A DNA stretch of 64,000 nt, taken from the NCBI GenBank assembly GCA_002269645.1, contig NIVC01000037.1:992001-1056000 (forward strand), given 5' to 3'. How positions within the stretch are numbered: position 1 is the stretch's first letter; every line of letters starts with the position of its first letter. The stretch comes from Macrostomum lignano (Eukaryota). Both the position numbers and the translations under genes were made by a program. The notes below the pieces were generated by a model. The model searched no databases. It saw only the letters and a program-made list of their open reading frames with translations, and had not been told where the DNA came from. This document shows, piece after piece, positions 63,382 to 64,000 of the stretch.

Positions 63382-64000
63382 GACCGATTGTGCAGAGTTA
63401 TTGACGAGCAGCAGTTGGATGGCAAGCGAATGCTTTGAGAGATTCGAGGCCAGCAGCGCAGGCTGGTTATATAGTCTTTGTCTCACTGAGCCCCGCCTCA
63501 TCTCCCGCCAATGGGAAGCTGAGCTCGGATAAGCTGGGCTATGATGCCCTCCTGTCATTGGCTGAGGCGGTCAATCACTCAGATATGTTGAGTTCATGCC
63601 ATGTTGTCAAGAATCAAGATGCAGAGCTGACACTCGAATTTAAAGCCCTGCTTCGATTGCATCAAAATCAGTCAGTCAGTCTGAACCCTCTCTACCCTCC
63701 TCTGAACAATCTCAACATCTGCTAAGTCCTCTCCCTGCACTCCTGAGCCCTCTCCCTACTCTCCTGAGCCCTCTCCCTACTCTCCTGAGCCTTTTCCCTG
63801 CTCTCCTGAGCCCTCTCCCTGCTCTCCTGAGCCCTCTCCCTGCTCTCCTGAGCCCTCTCCCTGCTCTCCTGAGCCTTTTCCCTGCTCTCCTGAGCCTTTT
63901 CCCTGCTCTCCTGATCCCTCTCCCTGCTCTCCTGAGCCTTTTCCCTGCTCTCCTGAGCCCTCTCCCTACTCTCCCGAGCCCTCTCCCTGCTTTCCTGAGC

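Overview
This is eukaryotic (animal) genomic DNA with spliceosomal introns and very dense mini- and microsatellites. The style suggests a flatworm such as Macrostomum, but that is inference only. The left part (1-17.4 kb) is single-copy. It holds a 4-exon ZDHHC12-like palmitoyltransferase, an intronless FDX2-type ferredoxin, a roughly 5-kb block almost free of CpG, a complete but decayed Merlin (IS1595/ISXO2-like) transposon with TIRs and TSD, and a 2-exon Q/H-rich gene of unknown family. The right part (17.4-64 kb) is a tandemly amplified, rearranged composite unit. It carries nanos (3 copies, 1 a pseudogene), an intronless three-zinc-finger gene (4 intact copies) and 11 tRNA-Arg(UCU)-type genes in three flank classes. 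It also carries two related ~450-bp GC-rich elements (X and Y), an orphan TIS11/ZFP36-type tandem-CCCH exon that the ORF track missed, nested MITEs, and interchangeable satellite blocks. The nanos and zinc-finger genes share a paired-CCAAT promoter layout, and the nanos 3' region carries a perfect Pumilio element. The best candidate for an undescribed system is this tRNA-bracketed, satellite-embedded, amplified cassette of putative germline regulators. All coordinates and counts were made by eye, and no database searches were run.
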